Shown here: positions 36,938 to 46,926 of the stretch, piece by piece
Numbering within the stretch: the first letter of the stretch is position 1
Layout: each line of letters starts with the position of its first letter
Source of the DNA: Candidatus Aminicenantes bacterium
GTDB lineage: Bacteria; Acidobacteriota; Aminicenantia; S016-38
Assembly (NCBI GenBank): GCA_027068075.1
Contig: JAMOUJ010000006.1
Span: 218,706-282,705 of the forward strand
Direction of reading: 5' to 3'
Length of the DNA stretch: 64,000 nt
Made by a program: the position numbers and the translations under genes
The notes under the pieces: model-generated
Told to the model about the DNA's origin: nothing
Databases searched by the model: none
Seen by the model: only the letters and a program-made list of their open reading frames with translations

Positions 36938-39021
36938 GAATAAAGGCAAAACTCATAGTTTTTTCGCTTATTATAGTCTTCCTATCCCTCTCCGTAATTA
37001 CCGGGGTTTTTCTCCTCCGTTTCCGCATAAGCATGATAAGGGCCGAAAGCGAGTATCTTTCAACTTCCCTCCGCAGAACCGAGAGTTTCTTCTACGATTA
37101 TCTTGCCCACCTAAACAGAATAGCCACCTCCCTTTCGGAGATGAAGGAGATTTACGAAAACCTGGACAAGCCTGAACTTTTGAGCATATACCTGAAGCAA
37201 AAGGAGATCCTCTTTCCCTCAGGGTCCGTGGTAATTTTTGATAAACAGGGCCATCCCATAGTCTCCCACACCTCCGGCGGATTCGTGTGCGAGGTGGACA
37301 TGGAAGGGTACATAAAGAAAAAGGGGGAGGTTTTCAGGTTGAGCGGGATCAAATCCTTTCGGGGGAGGTTGTGCTTCATATCCGTGGTGCCCGTGGTGGA
37401 GCCCAATTCTCTGGAGGTTCTGGGCTATCTTTTGATAGAGCGCCCCATAGACTCGGATTTTGCCGATTATCTGAAGGAGAGGGTCCGGGAGGAGATTTTC
37501 TTCGTGGACACCCAGGGGAAATTTCTGGGTTCCACCTACATAGGGAAGGACGGGGACCGGATTTTCCCTTCCAGACTGAAGAAAAAAAACTGGGGGTGGG
37601 TTGGGTGGATTGAAGACCGTCTTTTCTTCATAAAGGGTGCCCCCATAAAGTGCATAGATGGGACCGTGTGCGGAAAAATCCTGGTGGGCAAGGACGAAAC
37701 GAGTCTCGTCCTTCTTCACAGAAGGTCCATAAAATACGCCCTCCTGACCCTCCTCTTGGATCTGATATTCGCCTTCGTCCTCACCCTTTTTCTGAGCCGT
37801 CATTTTACCAGGCCCATCACCCTCCTTTCCGAGGCCGGTCAGCGGTGGGCCCGGGGAGATCTGGACTATCGGCTCAGGTTCAAGAGGAGGGACGAGTTTG
37901 GAGACCTGGCCGGAGTTTTCAATTACATGGCGGAGGAAATAAAGGCCAAACAGGAAGAACTCAGAAGGACCAAGGCCTTTTACCACACGATAATTGACAG
38001 CAATCCCGTGGGGATAATAGCAGCCCAGCCCTCCGGCAGGATAGTGGAGATGAACGCCGCCGCCAGAAAAATTTTTGACGGCCAGGTGAAGGAGGGGGAC
38101 AACCTCTTTTCCGTCAGGGGGCTGGACAGGATAAAGGAAAAGTTCACCAGGGCCCTCCTGGAGGGGAAGACCCAGGAAGCCTTTGGGGTGGAGGCCGAAC
38201 TTCCCTCCAAGGAATTGGTCCTAAAACTTCTCATGTATCCCGTCCAGAGGGACAGGGAGCCCCTGGTAATAGTCCAGGTGGAGGACATAACCCACAAGAG
38301 GGAGATGGAGGAGGAACTTTACCACCTGCGGAAACTCGCCCTGCTGGGCACCAGGCTCGGTTCCTATGCCCACGACATAAAGAATTACCTCACCACTATT
38401 CTCGGATACCTGGAGATAATGGACCTGAAAATCGCCGAACCCTCCCTCAAGGAGGAACTGGAGAGGATAAAGAGGACCACCCGGGCGGCGGCCAGACTTT
38501 CCCGCTCCATCTTAGATTTTTCCAAGGAAAGGATGAAAAAGGAGGTGGTGAACCTGAGCGACACCGTGGAATCCACCCTGGAGTTCGTAAAGAGGGTTCT
38601 TCCCAGGAAAATAGACCTGGAGTTCCGCCGGGAGAACGGGGGCTTCAAAATTCTGGGGGATCCCAGCAAACTTTCGGTGGGGCTTTACAACCTCGTGATA
38701 AATTCCATAGATGCCATAATGGCTTCAGGTAAAGAGCAGGGAAGAATAAAGGTGAGCCTGGGTTCTGAGTTTGACCCCGTTTCGGGGCAACACATGGTAA
38801 AACTGGTGGTGGAGGACAACGGCACCGGCATAAGGAAGGAGGACCTCAACAGGATCTTTGAACCCTATTTCACCACCAAGGGGAGTGAAGGCACGGGCCT
38901 GGGTCTTTACATGGTGAGGAACATGGTGGAGGAAATGGGGGGGAAGATAACCGTGGAAAGCAAGGAAGGGGAATGGACCAGGTTCACCATCCTGCTTCCG
39001 GTCTGGAGGGGAGAGGCCTAA
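36934..39021 (+). CDS. Sensor histidine kinase with a large periplasmic domain (TM-periplasmic-TM-HAMP-PAS-HisKA-HATPase_c)
   Basis: Two TM segments bracket a ~290-aa extracytoplasmic region. HAMP is followed by a PAS-like region. H-box 'YAHDIKNYL'. G-boxes 'DNGTGI', 'GTGLGL'. Start at 'MRIKAKLIV' (ATGA overlap with the SBP stop). Confidence 0.85.
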   Translation: MRIKAKLIVFSLIIVFLSLSVITGVFLLRFRISMIRAESEYLSTSLRRTESFFYDYLAHLNRIATSLSEMKEIYENLDKPELLSIYLKQKEILFPSGSVVIFDKQGHPIVSHTSGGFVCEVDMEGYIKKKGEVFRLSGIKSFRGRLCFISVVPVVEPNSLEVLGYLLIERPIDSDFADYLKERVREEIFFVDTQGKFLGSTYIGKDGDRIFPSRLKKKNWGWVGWIEDRLFFIKGAPIKCIDGTVCGKILVGKDETSLVLLHRRSIKYALLTLLLDLIFAFVLTLFLSRHFTRPITLLSEAGQRWARGDLDYRLRFKRRDEFGDLAGVFNYMAEEIKAKQEELRRTKAFYHTIIDSNPVGIIAAQPSGRIVEMNAAARKIFDGQVKEGDNLFSVRGLDRIKEKFTRALLEGKTQEAFGVEAELPSKELVLKLLMYPVQRDREPLVIVQVEDITHKREMEEELYHLRKLALLGTRLGSYAHDIKNYLTTILGYLEIMDLKIAEPSLKEELERIKRTTRAAARLSRSILDFSKERMKKEVVNLSDTVESTLEFVKRVLPRKIDLEFRRENGGFKILGDPSKLSVGLYNLVINSIDAIMASGKEQGRIKVSLGSEFDPVSGQHMVKLVVEDNGTGIRKEDLNRIFEPYFTTKGSEGTGLGLYMVRNMVEEMGGKITVESKEGEWTRFTILLPVWRGEA

Positions 39022-39332
39022 GGGGAACAGGCCTCTTCAAGCCACTTTAAATAATCCGGGCTCCCTGTCTGGATGGGGAGGGCAATTATCTCAGGGACTT
39101 CGTAGGGGTGGACTTCCTTCAGGAATTTCTCCAGTTCTGGATAAATTTCCCGGGTGGTTTTTGCGATGCACAGGTATTCTTCTCCCCTTTCCACCCTTCC
39201 CTTCCACCGGTAAACGCTGGTGATGGGGCCGAGAATTTGCACGCATCCTGCCAGTCCTCTCTCCACCAACTCCCCGGCGATTTTTTCCCCGTCCTCCCTT
39301 TTTTCCACCGTGGTGAATACCACCAGAAACAT
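39018..39332 (-). CDS. cutA: Divalent-cation tolerance protein CutA
   Basis: 104 aa. 'CVQILGPITSVYRWKG...HPYEVPEIIALPI' CutA1 signature. Confidence 0.85.
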   Translation of the reverse strand: MFLVVFTTVEKREDGEKIAGELVERGLAGCVQILGPITSVYRWKGRVERGEEYLCIAKTTREIYPELEKFLKEVHPYEVPEIIALPIQTGSPDYLKWLEEACSP

Positions 39333-39341
39333 GTTTTTCCC

Positions 39342-40217
39342 CTACTGATTTTCCAGGAGGGTCAGAATGGCCGGGTCGTCCCTCCAGCCCTTTCTGACCT
39401 TTACCAGGAGGTCAAGGTATATCTTCTTGCCGAAGATGAATTCAAGTTCTTCCCTGGCCTTTTTCCCCACTATTTTCAGGTTTTCTCCCCCCTTTCCTAT
39501 AACGATTTTTTTGTGGTTTTCCTTCTCCACGAAGATGGTGGCTGAAATGTAGAGAAGGTCTCCGCGATCCTCCATCTCTTCCACCAGAACTCCCACGGAG
39601 TAGGGGAGTTCTGCCCGGAGGCGGTGTAAAAGTTTCTCCCTTATTATCTCAGAGACCAGGAATTTATCCGATATGTTGGTAACCGTTTGGGGAGGAAAGA
39701 GGGGCTCCCCTTCGGGCAGGTGCTTGTAGATCAGGTCTTCCAGCAGGTCCAAATTGGTGCCCTTGTAGGCGGATACAGGCACTATCTCCTCAAAATCCAG
39801 AAGGTCCTTGTAGAGGTCTATGACCGGAAGGATCTTCCCCTTGGACACCAGATCTATTTTGTTTATAACCAGGAATTTCTTCGGTTTTACCTCCTTCAGC
39901 ATGTTCACCACGAACTGGTCACCCTTGCCGAAGGGCTGGGTTATGTCAACCACTAAAAGGATGAGGTCCGTATCCCTCAGGGATTCGTAAACCCTCTCCA
40001 TCATCAGTTCGTTGAGTTTGTGAAGTGGGCGGTGGATCCCCGGATTATCCATGAATACTATTTGACCCTTCTCCGTGGTTTTTATCCCCAGGATCCTGTG
40101 CCGGGTGGTCTGGGGGGTGGGGGAGACTATGGTTACCTTCCTCCCCAGCATGGCGTTGAGGAGCGTGGACTTACCCACATTGGGTCTTCCTATTATGGAG
40201 ACAAAACCCGCCTTCAT
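39342..40217 (-). CDS. era: GTPase Era
   Basis: 'GFVSIIGRPNVGKSTLLN' G1, 'DTPG', 'NKID' and a C-terminal KH domain. Confidence 0.9.
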   Translation of the reverse strand: MKAGFVSIIGRPNVGKSTLLNAMLGRKVTIVSPTPQTTRHRILGIKTTEKGQIVFMDNPGIHRPLHKLNELMMERVYESLRDTDLILLVVDITQPFGKGDQFVVNMLKEVKPKKFLVINKIDLVSKGKILPVIDLYKDLLDFEEIVPVSAYKGTNLDLLEDLIYKHLPEGEPLFPPQTVTNISDKFLVSEIIREKLLHRLRAELPYSVGVLVEEMEDRGDLLYISATIFVEKENHKKIVIGKGGENLKIVGKKAREELEFIFGKKIYLDLLVKVRKGWRDDPAILTLLENQ

Positions 40218-41383
40218 CCTTTCCTCCTTATCAGAATTTTTTTGATGCTGCGCCGGTCGGCGTCCAGGATTTTAAACTTATAATCGTTGTATTCAAATTC
40301 TTCACCCCTCCTGGCTATCCTCCCCAGGTGGGACATTATAAAACCGGAAATGGTGGAGTAACTACCCTCGGGGAATTCAATCCCCAAACTTTCCTCCAGG
40401 TCCCAGAGGGGGCAGTCGCCGTCCACCTCCATGGCCCCCTTCATAACTTCTATTTCCTTTTCAGGGCTTTCGTCTATCTCCGTTATTTCTCCGAATATCT
40501 CCTCTATTATGTCCTCCATGGTTATGAGGCCTGAAACCACCCCGTATTCGTCCACCGCTATGGCTATTTTTGTTCTTTTTTCCTTCATGATTTCCAGGGC
40601 TCTGAAGATGGATATGCTTTCGGGAACGAACACCGCTTCCCTCATGACCTCCGAAACCTTTCTGTTTCCCTCCTGATGACACACCCCCACGATGTCCTTG
40701 GCGTAAACTACTCCCTGTATGTTGTCCAGATTATCCTTGTACAGGGGCAGACGGGACCTTTTTTCACGGCCTATCACCTCCGCGGCTTCCCGGAAGGTGG
40801 CGTCGTAGGGGATGGCGATAATTTCCCTCTGGGGCGTCATGATTTCCCTTACCAGGGTATCGGAAAACTCTATTACATTCCGTAAAATCTCCCTTTCTTC
40901 GCTGTCAATTATCTTTTCCTGCATGGCCTCTTCAATGAGGCCTTCCACCTCCCCTTCCTGGGCTTCCGATTCCTCCTCCTGGTTTTCCTCCCCGGGATCC
41001 GGCATGGGGCCAAACCTTCTCGCCAGGGAGATGGCCAGGGAGATTCCGGCGTTTCTGTAGGCGGAGGAAAGCCACCAGGGCAGGGCCATGTAAAAAATCA
41101 AAAAGGTGGCGGTGACGGTGGCCAGTTCCCAGTAGAGGTTCATCTTGAAAATCCTGGAGGTGTAGCCCACGAAAAGGATGAAGAAAAAGGTACCCACCAG
41201 GGAATAAAGGGGTTTGGCCCTTTCCACCGCCCGGAGATATCCGGTGGGCATCTTCTTGTTCCACAGGAAGGCGAATAGTTTTATCCTGGATATGGAAAGG
41301 CTCTGCCTCAGCCACAGAAAGAACACGGAAAGGATAAGAAAGGCCGAGGAGAGAGCCAGTTGAGTTAAAGGAATTTCTTCCAT
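40214..41383 (-). CDS. HlyC/CorC-family transporter (DUF21 TM region + CBS pair + CorC_HlyC)
   Basis: N-terminal TM helices, CBS-pair region '[11 protein letters not shown]...' and a C-terminal transporter-associated domain. Sits at the conserved position next to ybeY/phoH. Confidence 0.75.
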   Translation of the reverse strand: MEEIPLTQLALSSAFLILSVFFLWLRQSLSISRIKLFAFLWNKKMPTGYLRAVERAKPLYSLVGTFFFILFVGYTSRIFKMNLYWELATVTATFLIFYMALPWWLSSAYRNAGISLAISLARRFGPMPDPGEENQEEESEAQEGEVEGLIEEAMQEKIIDSEEREILRNVIEFSDTLVREIMTPQREIIAIPYDATFREAAEVIGREKRSRLPLYKDNLDNIQGVVYAKDIVGVCHQEGNRKVSEVMREAVFVPESISIFRALEIMKEKRTKIAIAVDEYGVVSGLITMEDIIEEIFGEITEIDESPEKEIEVMKGAMEVDGDCPLWDLEESLGIEFPEGSYSTISGFIMSHLGRIARRGEEFEYNDYKFKILDADRRSIKKILIRRKG

Positions 41384-41757
41384 AATTTCCTTTCCAGGGC
41401 CCTCATTTCTCCGTGGTCGGTTTCGTGGTCGTAGCCCAGCAGGTGAAGAAAACCGTGGATCATCAGAACCTTGAGTTCCTTTTCCAGGGAATGGCCCAGT
41501 TCTTCCGCCTGCCTACGGGCGGTTTCCACGGAAATTATCACATCGCCCAGATAGTCCTCCTGATCCGCCTGAAAACTCAAAACATCGGTGATGTCGTCCT
41601 TCCCCCTGTAGGCCCGGTTGAGTTCCTTTATTTTTCTGTCGCTCACCAGAACCACGGTGAAGTCCCTGTTCTCCGAAAATTCCTCCATGAGTTTCCTTTT
41701 GAGTTCAAGGAGAGGTTTTTTGTCTATTTTTATTTTCCTCTGGCGATTTAGAACCAT
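41365..41757 (-). CDS. ybeY: Endoribonuclease YbeY (rRNA maturation)
   Basis: '[12 protein letters not shown]' zinc-binding H..H.....H motif. The exact start is uncertain (overlaps the upstream gene end). Confidence 0.85.
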   Translation of the reverse strand: MVLNRQRKIKIDKKPLLELKRKLMEEFSENRDFTVVLVSDRKIKELNRAYRGKDDITDVLSFQADQEDYLGDVIISVETARRQAEELGHSLEKELKVLMIHGFLHLLGYDHETDHGEMRALERKLWKKFL

Positions 41758-43165
41758 TTTTCTCTTCCTTCGGGTATTCTACCCTTTTGTGGTGTATGGC
41801 CGTCAGGCTTTTTATTATTTCCTCCTTTACTATTCTCAACTCCCTCATGGTGATGGGAGCCTCGTCAAATTGCCCGTCCTCCAGAAGGCTTTCAAAAATG
41901 GAGTTTACCGTGGCCCTTATGCTTTCCTCGTTGGGTTCCTTGAGGGATTTCACCGCCGCCTCGGAGGAATCGCAAAGCATCACTATGGCGGTTTCCTTGG
42001 TCTGGGGTTTGGGTCCCGGATAACGGAAGGTGCTCTCGTCCGCTTCTATGCCCATCTCCTTGGCCTTGGCGTAGAAGTATTTTACCAGGGTGGTGCCGTG
42101 ATGCTGGGCTATGAAGTCTATTATTTCCCGGGGGAGTCCCATCTCCTTGCCCATCTCCACCCCTTCCTTCACATGGTTTATTATGATCATGGCGCTAAGG
42201 GAAGGGCTTTTGTTTTCGTGGGGATTAGGCAGGTTTACCTGATTTTCAATGAAGTACTGGGGCATCTTTAATTTTCCGATGTCGTGGTAAAGGGCTCCGG
42301 CCCGGGCCAGAAGGGAATTACCTCCGATGGCATCGGCGGCCCTCTCGGCCAGGGTGGCCACCATGAGGGAGTGGTGGAAGGTTCCCGGGGCCTCCAGGGC
42401 CATTTTCTTGAAGATGTCCTGGTTGGTGTTGGACAGTTCTATGAGTCGGAGGGGTGAGACTATGCGGAAGAGGTATTCTATTATGGGGATGAGGAAGGAC
42501 GCTATTACGCTCAGTTCCAGGACATTTACCGTGGCGGTGGCCAGGTCGTCAAGAAAGGTGGTGAGGGAAATGTCCTGAAGGTGAGAGAAAACCAGAAACA
42601 GAAGGGAGGCAGGGTAGAGTATAACGAAGGCCGTCCGGTAAATGGTTCCCCTCCTCATCTTTCCGTAGTGGAGCACCCCGTAAATGGCTCCGAAGCCCAG
42701 CATGAGGGCGTATAGGGAGGCGATCACATTGCCTGTGATCCCCAGGACTCCCAGGGATACCAGCACCGTCAGGATTATGGGGGGGAGGGGATCAAAGATG
42801 TAGGACAAAACCAAGGAGGCGAAGGCGTAGGGAAAGGAGAAAATTATGAAGTTTTCCCTGTGGCTTTCCACCAGCCTCTGGAGGATGGTTTTGTGGACCA
42901 GGAACAGAAGGAAGGTGAACAGGAAGGAGAATATGACCACATTTATGGCCTTGTCAAAATCCCCGTCGTTGGATTCCCTGAGGATTTTCGTGAGGAAGTA
43001 GAGGAGGAAAAAGGAATAAACGAGGGCCAGGTAGGAATATTCTACGGCGTAGAGGAAGTGAACCGCCACGAAAACGGTGACGGCCACCCCGATGATCTTA
43101 AGGAGAAGCCCAACCCTCAGGCTCTCTTCCTTGAGTTTCAATCCCCCTCGCTTAGGTTTTCCCAT
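41705..43165 (-). CDS. 7TM-receptor-fused HD phosphohydrolase (PgpH/YqfF family)
   Basis: Multi-TM N-terminus followed by an HD domain ('HHSLMVA', 'YHDIGK'). Start approximate. Confidence 0.75.
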   Translation of the reverse strand: MGKPKRGGLKLKEESLRVGLLLKIIGVAVTVFVAVHFLYAVEYSYLALVYSFFLLYFLTKILRESNDGDFDKAINVVIFSFLFTFLLFLVHKTILQRLVESHRENFIIFSFPYAFASLVLSYIFDPLPPIILTVLVSLGVLGITGNVIASLYALMLGFGAIYGVLHYGKMRRGTIYRTAFVILYPASLLFLVFSHLQDISLTTFLDDLATATVNVLELSVIASFLIPIIEYLFRIVSPLRLIELSNTNQDIFKKMALEAPGTFHHSLMVATLAERAADAIGGNSLLARAGALYHDIGKLKMPQYFIENQVNLPNPHENKSPSLSAMIIINHVKEGVEMGKEMGLPREIIDFIAQHHGTTLVKYFYAKAKEMGIEADESTFRYPGPKPQTKETAIVMLCDSSEAAVKSLKEPNEESIRATVNSIFESLLEDGQFDEAPITMRELRIVKEEIIKSLTAIHHKRVEYPKEEKNGSKSPEENKNRQKTSP

Positions 43166-44120
43166 TCTCCTTTTCCTCTTTTTCCTTTCTTCCGTAGGCT
43201 TCTATTATTTTCTGAACCAGGGGATGGCGAACCACATCTTCCCGGGAAAATTCAACGACCTTTATCCCTTCAATTTCACGGAGGAGTTCCACGGCCTCCA
43301 CCAGTCCAGATTTAACATTTTTTGGGAGGTCAATCTGGGTTATGTCCCCGGTTATTATGGCCTTGGAATCAAATCCTATCCGGGTTAAAAACATCTTCAT
43401 CTGCTCGGAGGTGGTGTTCTGGGCCTCGTCCAGGATTATCACCGAATCGTTGAGGGTCCTTCCCCTCATGAAGGCCAGGGGGGCTATCTCTATGACCCCT
43501 CTTTCCAGGAGTTTTATGACCCTTTCCGCCTCCAGGAGGTCGTAGAGGGCGTCGTAGAGAGGCCGGAGGTATGGATTTACCTTTTCCTCCATGGTTCCCG
43601 GAAGAAAGCCCAGTTTTTCCCCGGCTTCTATGGCCGGTCTGGTCAGAATTATTCTTCCGTATTTTCTTTCAAAAAGAAGGTAAAGGGCCATGGCCATGGC
43701 CAGGTATGTTTTTCCCGTGCCGGCGGGGCCCACGGCGAAGACTATGTCGTATTTCTCTATGGCCTCCATGTAGAGTTTTTGATTCAGACTTTTGGGGCGC
43801 ACGGGCTTTCTGGTTCCCTTGAACCTTATTTCCCTTCCCCTTTCAAAGAGGGCTTCAAGGTCGGCCCCGGAATCCTTTTCCAGCATGTCAAGGGCAATTA
43901 TAAAGTCCTCCTCCCTCAGGGCCCTAACCCTGTTGAGTCCTGCCATTTTTTCAAAGTATTCCCTGGCGAACTTGACCTTTTCCTCCGGGCCTGAGATGAG
44001 CAGGGTATCCCCCCGGGCGGTTATGTCCACTCTGAGCCTTTTTTCTATTATCAGAAGGGTTCGGTTCAGGGTTCCCGAGAGAATTCTTATGTAGTCTTCG
44101 GGTAGGCGTAATTTTTCCAT
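43152..44120 (-). CDS. phoH: PhoH-family ATPase (YbeZ-like)
   Basis: Walker A 'AVGPAGTGKTYLAMAMAL', 'ILDEAQN'. 322 aa. Confidence 0.9.
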   Translation of the reverse strand: MEKLRLPEDYIRILSGTLNRTLLIIEKRLRVDITARGDTLLISGPEEKVKFAREYFEKMAGLNRVRALREEDFIIALDMLEKDSGADLEALFERGREIRFKGTRKPVRPKSLNQKLYMEAIEKYDIVFAVGPAGTGKTYLAMAMALYLLFERKYGRIILTRPAIEAGEKLGFLPGTMEEKVNPYLRPLYDALYDLLEAERVIKLLERGVIEIAPLAFMRGRTLNDSVIILDEAQNTTSEQMKMFLTRIGFDSKAIITGDITQIDLPKNVKSGLVEAVELLREIEGIKVVEFSREDVVRHPLVQKIIEAYGRKEKEEKENGKT

Positions 44121-44130
44121 TTAGTTCGTC

Positions 44131-44370
44131 TTATTCATTTAGGGTAAAAATGGGGCAGGTGACCGTGCTCTCCACCTCCTCCATTTTCTGAAGGTGGTTG
44201 ACCACGAAGTCCCCCAGGGAGTTGAAGTCCTCTGTTTCCACCAGGCCTATTATGTCGTAAGGTCCGCTGACTATGTGGCATTGTTTTACGGAGGGCATCT
44301 CCCTCATTTTCCTCAAAACTTCCCCGGCCTTACCGGATTTTACATTCATGAGGACATACGCCTTAACCAT
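44131..44370 (-). CDS. Stand-alone Lrp/AsnC C-terminal ligand-binding (RAM) domain protein
   Basis: 79 aa. 'VKAYVLMNVKSG...VKQCHIVSGPYDIIGLVETEDFNSL' RAM-domain pattern without an HTH. Confidence 0.55.
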   Translation of the reverse strand: MVKAYVLMNVKSGKAGEVLRKMREMPSVKQCHIVSGPYDIIGLVETEDFNSLGDFVVNHLQKMEEVESTVTCPIFTLNE

Positions 44371-44503
44371 TCCGCCTGCCTTTGTTTATATACCTCTTTC
44401 TGTAATGGGTCAACAGTCTTTTTCTCCTTTTTCTGCTGAGCACTTCTTTAATCCGGCTCTTTGACTTCATCACTAATAATTATAGACACAGTTGGCCTAC
44501 TTT

Positions 44504-44743
44504 TCAATGGGACTCCAGGAATTCGTCCCGGCATTTTTCCGAGCAAAAATAATAGGTCCTGCCTTCGTATTGAAGTTTCAGGGCCATCTCCTCCTCTATG
44601 TACAGTCCGCAAACCGGGTCCTTTACCAGGTTCTTGACCCTGGGGGGAGCATTCCTCCGGGGTTCGGTTTTTCTCCGGGCAGGCTTAAGAAAGATAAGGT
44701 AAAAGAGGTAGCCCACGATTAATAGAAAAATGAGAGCGCTCAT
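44504..44743 (-). CDS. Membrane-anchored YHS/TRASH metal-binding domain protein
   Basis: N-terminal TM 'ALIFLLIVGYLFYLIF' then 'DPVCGLYI...YYFCSEKCRDEF', a YHS/TRASH Cys motif. Confidence 0.6.
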   Translation of the reverse strand: MSALIFLLIVGYLFYLIFLKPARRKTEPRRNAPPRVKNLVKDPVCGLYIEEEMALKLQYEGRTYYFCSEKCRDEFLESH

Positions 44744-45210
44744 CCTTCCATCATCTCCTTTATGTCGTTGTGGTAAAGAAATAGGTTGGGAGTGAATTTT
44801 CCGGGAAGGACCCTTATGGGATGTCCGTCCACCTCCTCAATTTTTTTCATGCCGTCCACATGGGGGGATATGGCCTTCATGGTTTTCAGGAGTTCCTTGA
44901 TTTTCCTCTTAGCCTCCGCCCTTTCCCTTTCCACGGCGAAAAGGATCCCGTGCCTTTCCACCGCCTCCCCCTGGATGTAATATCCCACGAAGGCGGCAAA
45001 GAGCCGTTCTTCGGTGGGTTCCCTTCCCACCTCCACCCTCCTTCCATCGGCGTAGTTTACTTCCACCAGGGAGTCAAAATGAAATTCCCCCTCCACCTCC
45101 TCCGCCACCTTCATCAGGGCTTCCCGGGGCGATCCCGCCACCCGGAAGAGGTAGCGGTGATTTTCCTCAAATTCCGTGTCAAAGCCCAGGCCTATCAGGT
45201 AAAGTTTCAT
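44740..45210 (-). CDS. Conserved-looking hypothetical protein (156 aa), translationally coupled between radical SAM and YHS genes
   Basis: Uninterrupted ORF with 4-nt overlaps on both sides. No recognisable motif. Confidence 0.4.
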   Translation of the reverse strand: MKLYLIGLGFDTEFEENHRYLFRVAGSPREALMKVAEEVEGEFHFDSLVEVNYADGRRVEVGREPTEERLFAAFVGYYIQGEAVERHGILFAVERERAEAKRKIKELLKTMKAISPHVDGMKKIEEVDGHPIRVLPGKFTPNLFLYHNDIKEMMEG

Positions 45211-46169
45211 TTTTTCCTCCCGAACACCCGGACGAGGAAGACCCTTCCCCGGTAGGTTATTTCCCGGAGTTTCCCCTCCTTTATGAGTTTCTCCACGGCG
45301 GACCAGTCGGCCCCTGACCTGCGGAGAATCTCCTCCACCGCCTCCTTCTCCATGGGGTGAACGGCGGCGGTGGCCAGTATGTCCCGCTCCGCATCGCCGG
45401 TGAAACCGAAACTTCCCTCTCCGGATCCCGTCAGGAGAAGGGGACGAAGTCCGTGGGCTTTAAAGATCAGGTAAGATCTGTGTAGAGTTTCTTCGTCGGC
45501 CCCTTCGGCCCATTCCTCCGCCGGGGGTCTTGTGGGGACCATGATGTAGGATGTTTCCGGCTTTATCCGGCTCAGAAATTCGGCGATTTTTTCTATCTCC
45601 TCCGGGGAATCGTTCAATCCCTTTATCAACATGGTTTCGCTGACCAGTTGGTTTCCAAACTCCCTGGAGAAGGTCTCCAGGCCCTCCAGTATCCTTTCCA
45701 GGGAAAGGCGGCCGTGGGGCCTGTCCACCTTTTTAAAGGCCTCCGGGGAGACCGCATCCACCTTTACGCATACCCAATCCGCCGGGGCCAGATCCCTCCT
45801 TACTTCCTCCATCCACAGGAGGGACGAATTGGTTATGACGGCTATTTTTATGCCCAGGCCCTTCAGGAGTTTTATTTCCTCTCCCAGGTTCAGGTCCAGG
45901 GTGGGTTCCCCGTCGGGAACGAAACTCAGGTAATCTATCCGAATCCCCCTGAGCCTCACCTGTTCCACCCTTTCCTTTACGCTTTCGTAGATCTGCCCTG
46001 GGGAATAAAAGACCCTCCTTTTGATGGACATTTCCAGGGTCTTTCCTATCTGACAGTAAACGCAGGAATAGGTGCAAATCTTAGGGGGAATGTTGTTGAT
46101 CCCCAGGCTCATGCCCAGGCGTCTTGAGGGGACCGGTCCAAAGGCTATGGCTTCGTTTTCCATGGTCAT
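45207..46169 (-). CDS. Radical SAM protein (COG0731-like)
   Basis: 'FGPVPSRRLGMSLGINNIPPKICTYSCVYCQ' gives a CxxxCxxC cluster within the N-terminal motif typical of the COG0731 radical SAM group. Confidence 0.7.
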   Translation of the reverse strand: MTMENEAIAFGPVPSRRLGMSLGINNIPPKICTYSCVYCQIGKTLEMSIKRRVFYSPGQIYESVKERVEQVRLRGIRIDYLSFVPDGEPTLDLNLGEEIKLLKGLGIKIAVITNSSLLWMEEVRRDLAPADWVCVKVDAVSPEAFKKVDRPHGRLSLERILEGLETFSREFGNQLVSETMLIKGLNDSPEEIEKIAEFLSRIKPETSYIMVPTRPPAEEWAEGADEETLHRSYLIFKAHGLRPLLLTGSGEGSFGFTGDAERDILATAAVHPMEKEAVEEILRRSGADWSAVEKLIKEGKLREITYRGRVFLVRVFGRKK

Positions 46170-46179
46170 GAATTATAAC

Positions 46180-46926
46180 TCATTTTGGTCTGGGACCTAC
46201 AGGGTGGAGGGCCAGGACGCCGGAGGTGGTTCCGTCCAGGTCCAGGAGTTGGTTGATGTATGTATCGTAGAAGGCCGCCACCTCCACGGTGGAGAGGCCG
46301 TAGGCCTCGCAGGCCAGGTAAATGTTCTGGGAAATGGCGCCGGATTCCATGTAAGCGTACCTGTATCCCCTGTCCAGGTATTTCCAGGTTACCCTCTGGA
46401 AAAAGGAGACGAGGACCAGGAGCAGGGGAGCCCTGGCCATCATGTCGCCCTGGGGAGAGAAACGGAGGATCTGCCTTCGGAAACTTCCCCTTTTCAGGAG
46501 GCCCACGGAGTTTTCTTCCGGCAGGAACAGGTAAAGTCCCTTCTCCAGACCCTCCACCTCCTCGGCAAAGAAGTATATGAAGATGGGGTAGAGGGCCCCG
46601 GCGGAGGGGGCTGTCCTTAACTTCAATCCATCCTTTTCACCGCTTATTCCGTCGGCGGCGTTTAGGAGTCCAGAAAGGACCTTCAATTTTATGGGGGAAC
46701 GGTAAAAACGCCTCCGGGACCTGCGGTTTTTCAGGGCCTCCTCCAGGGAAATCGGTGGAAACTCCGGCGGCGGAAGTTTAATTTTCCTTAAGAAAGTCCA
46801 TTCCATTTTCGGCCTCTTTTGCCATTTCACCGGGCCCAGGTATCCCCGGGGGGAGTAGGAGGTGAGATGGTGGAACTGGGGACCCGGAAGGTTTAAGGCT
46901 AAAAACAGGGCCAGTTCCAGGAGCAT
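46180..46926 (-). CDS. SagB-type dehydrogenase / nitroreductase-family protein
   Basis: 'LRTAPSAGALYP' hallmark of the SagB/ThcOx-type nitroreductase fold. An alternative start lies at 46806 ('MEWTFLRK'). Confidence 0.65.
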   Translation of the reverse strand: MLLELALFLALNLPGPQFHHLTSYSPRGYLGPVKWQKRPKMEWTFLRKIKLPPPEFPPISLEEALKNRRSRRRFYRSPIKLKVLSGLLNAADGISGEKDGLKLRTAPSAGALYPIFIYFFAEEVEGLEKGLYLFLPEENSVGLLKRGSFRRQILRFSPQGDMMARAPLLLVLVSFFQRVTWKYLDRGYRYAYMESGAISQNIYLACEAYGLSTVEVAAFYDTYINQLLDLDGTTSGVLALHPVGPRPK

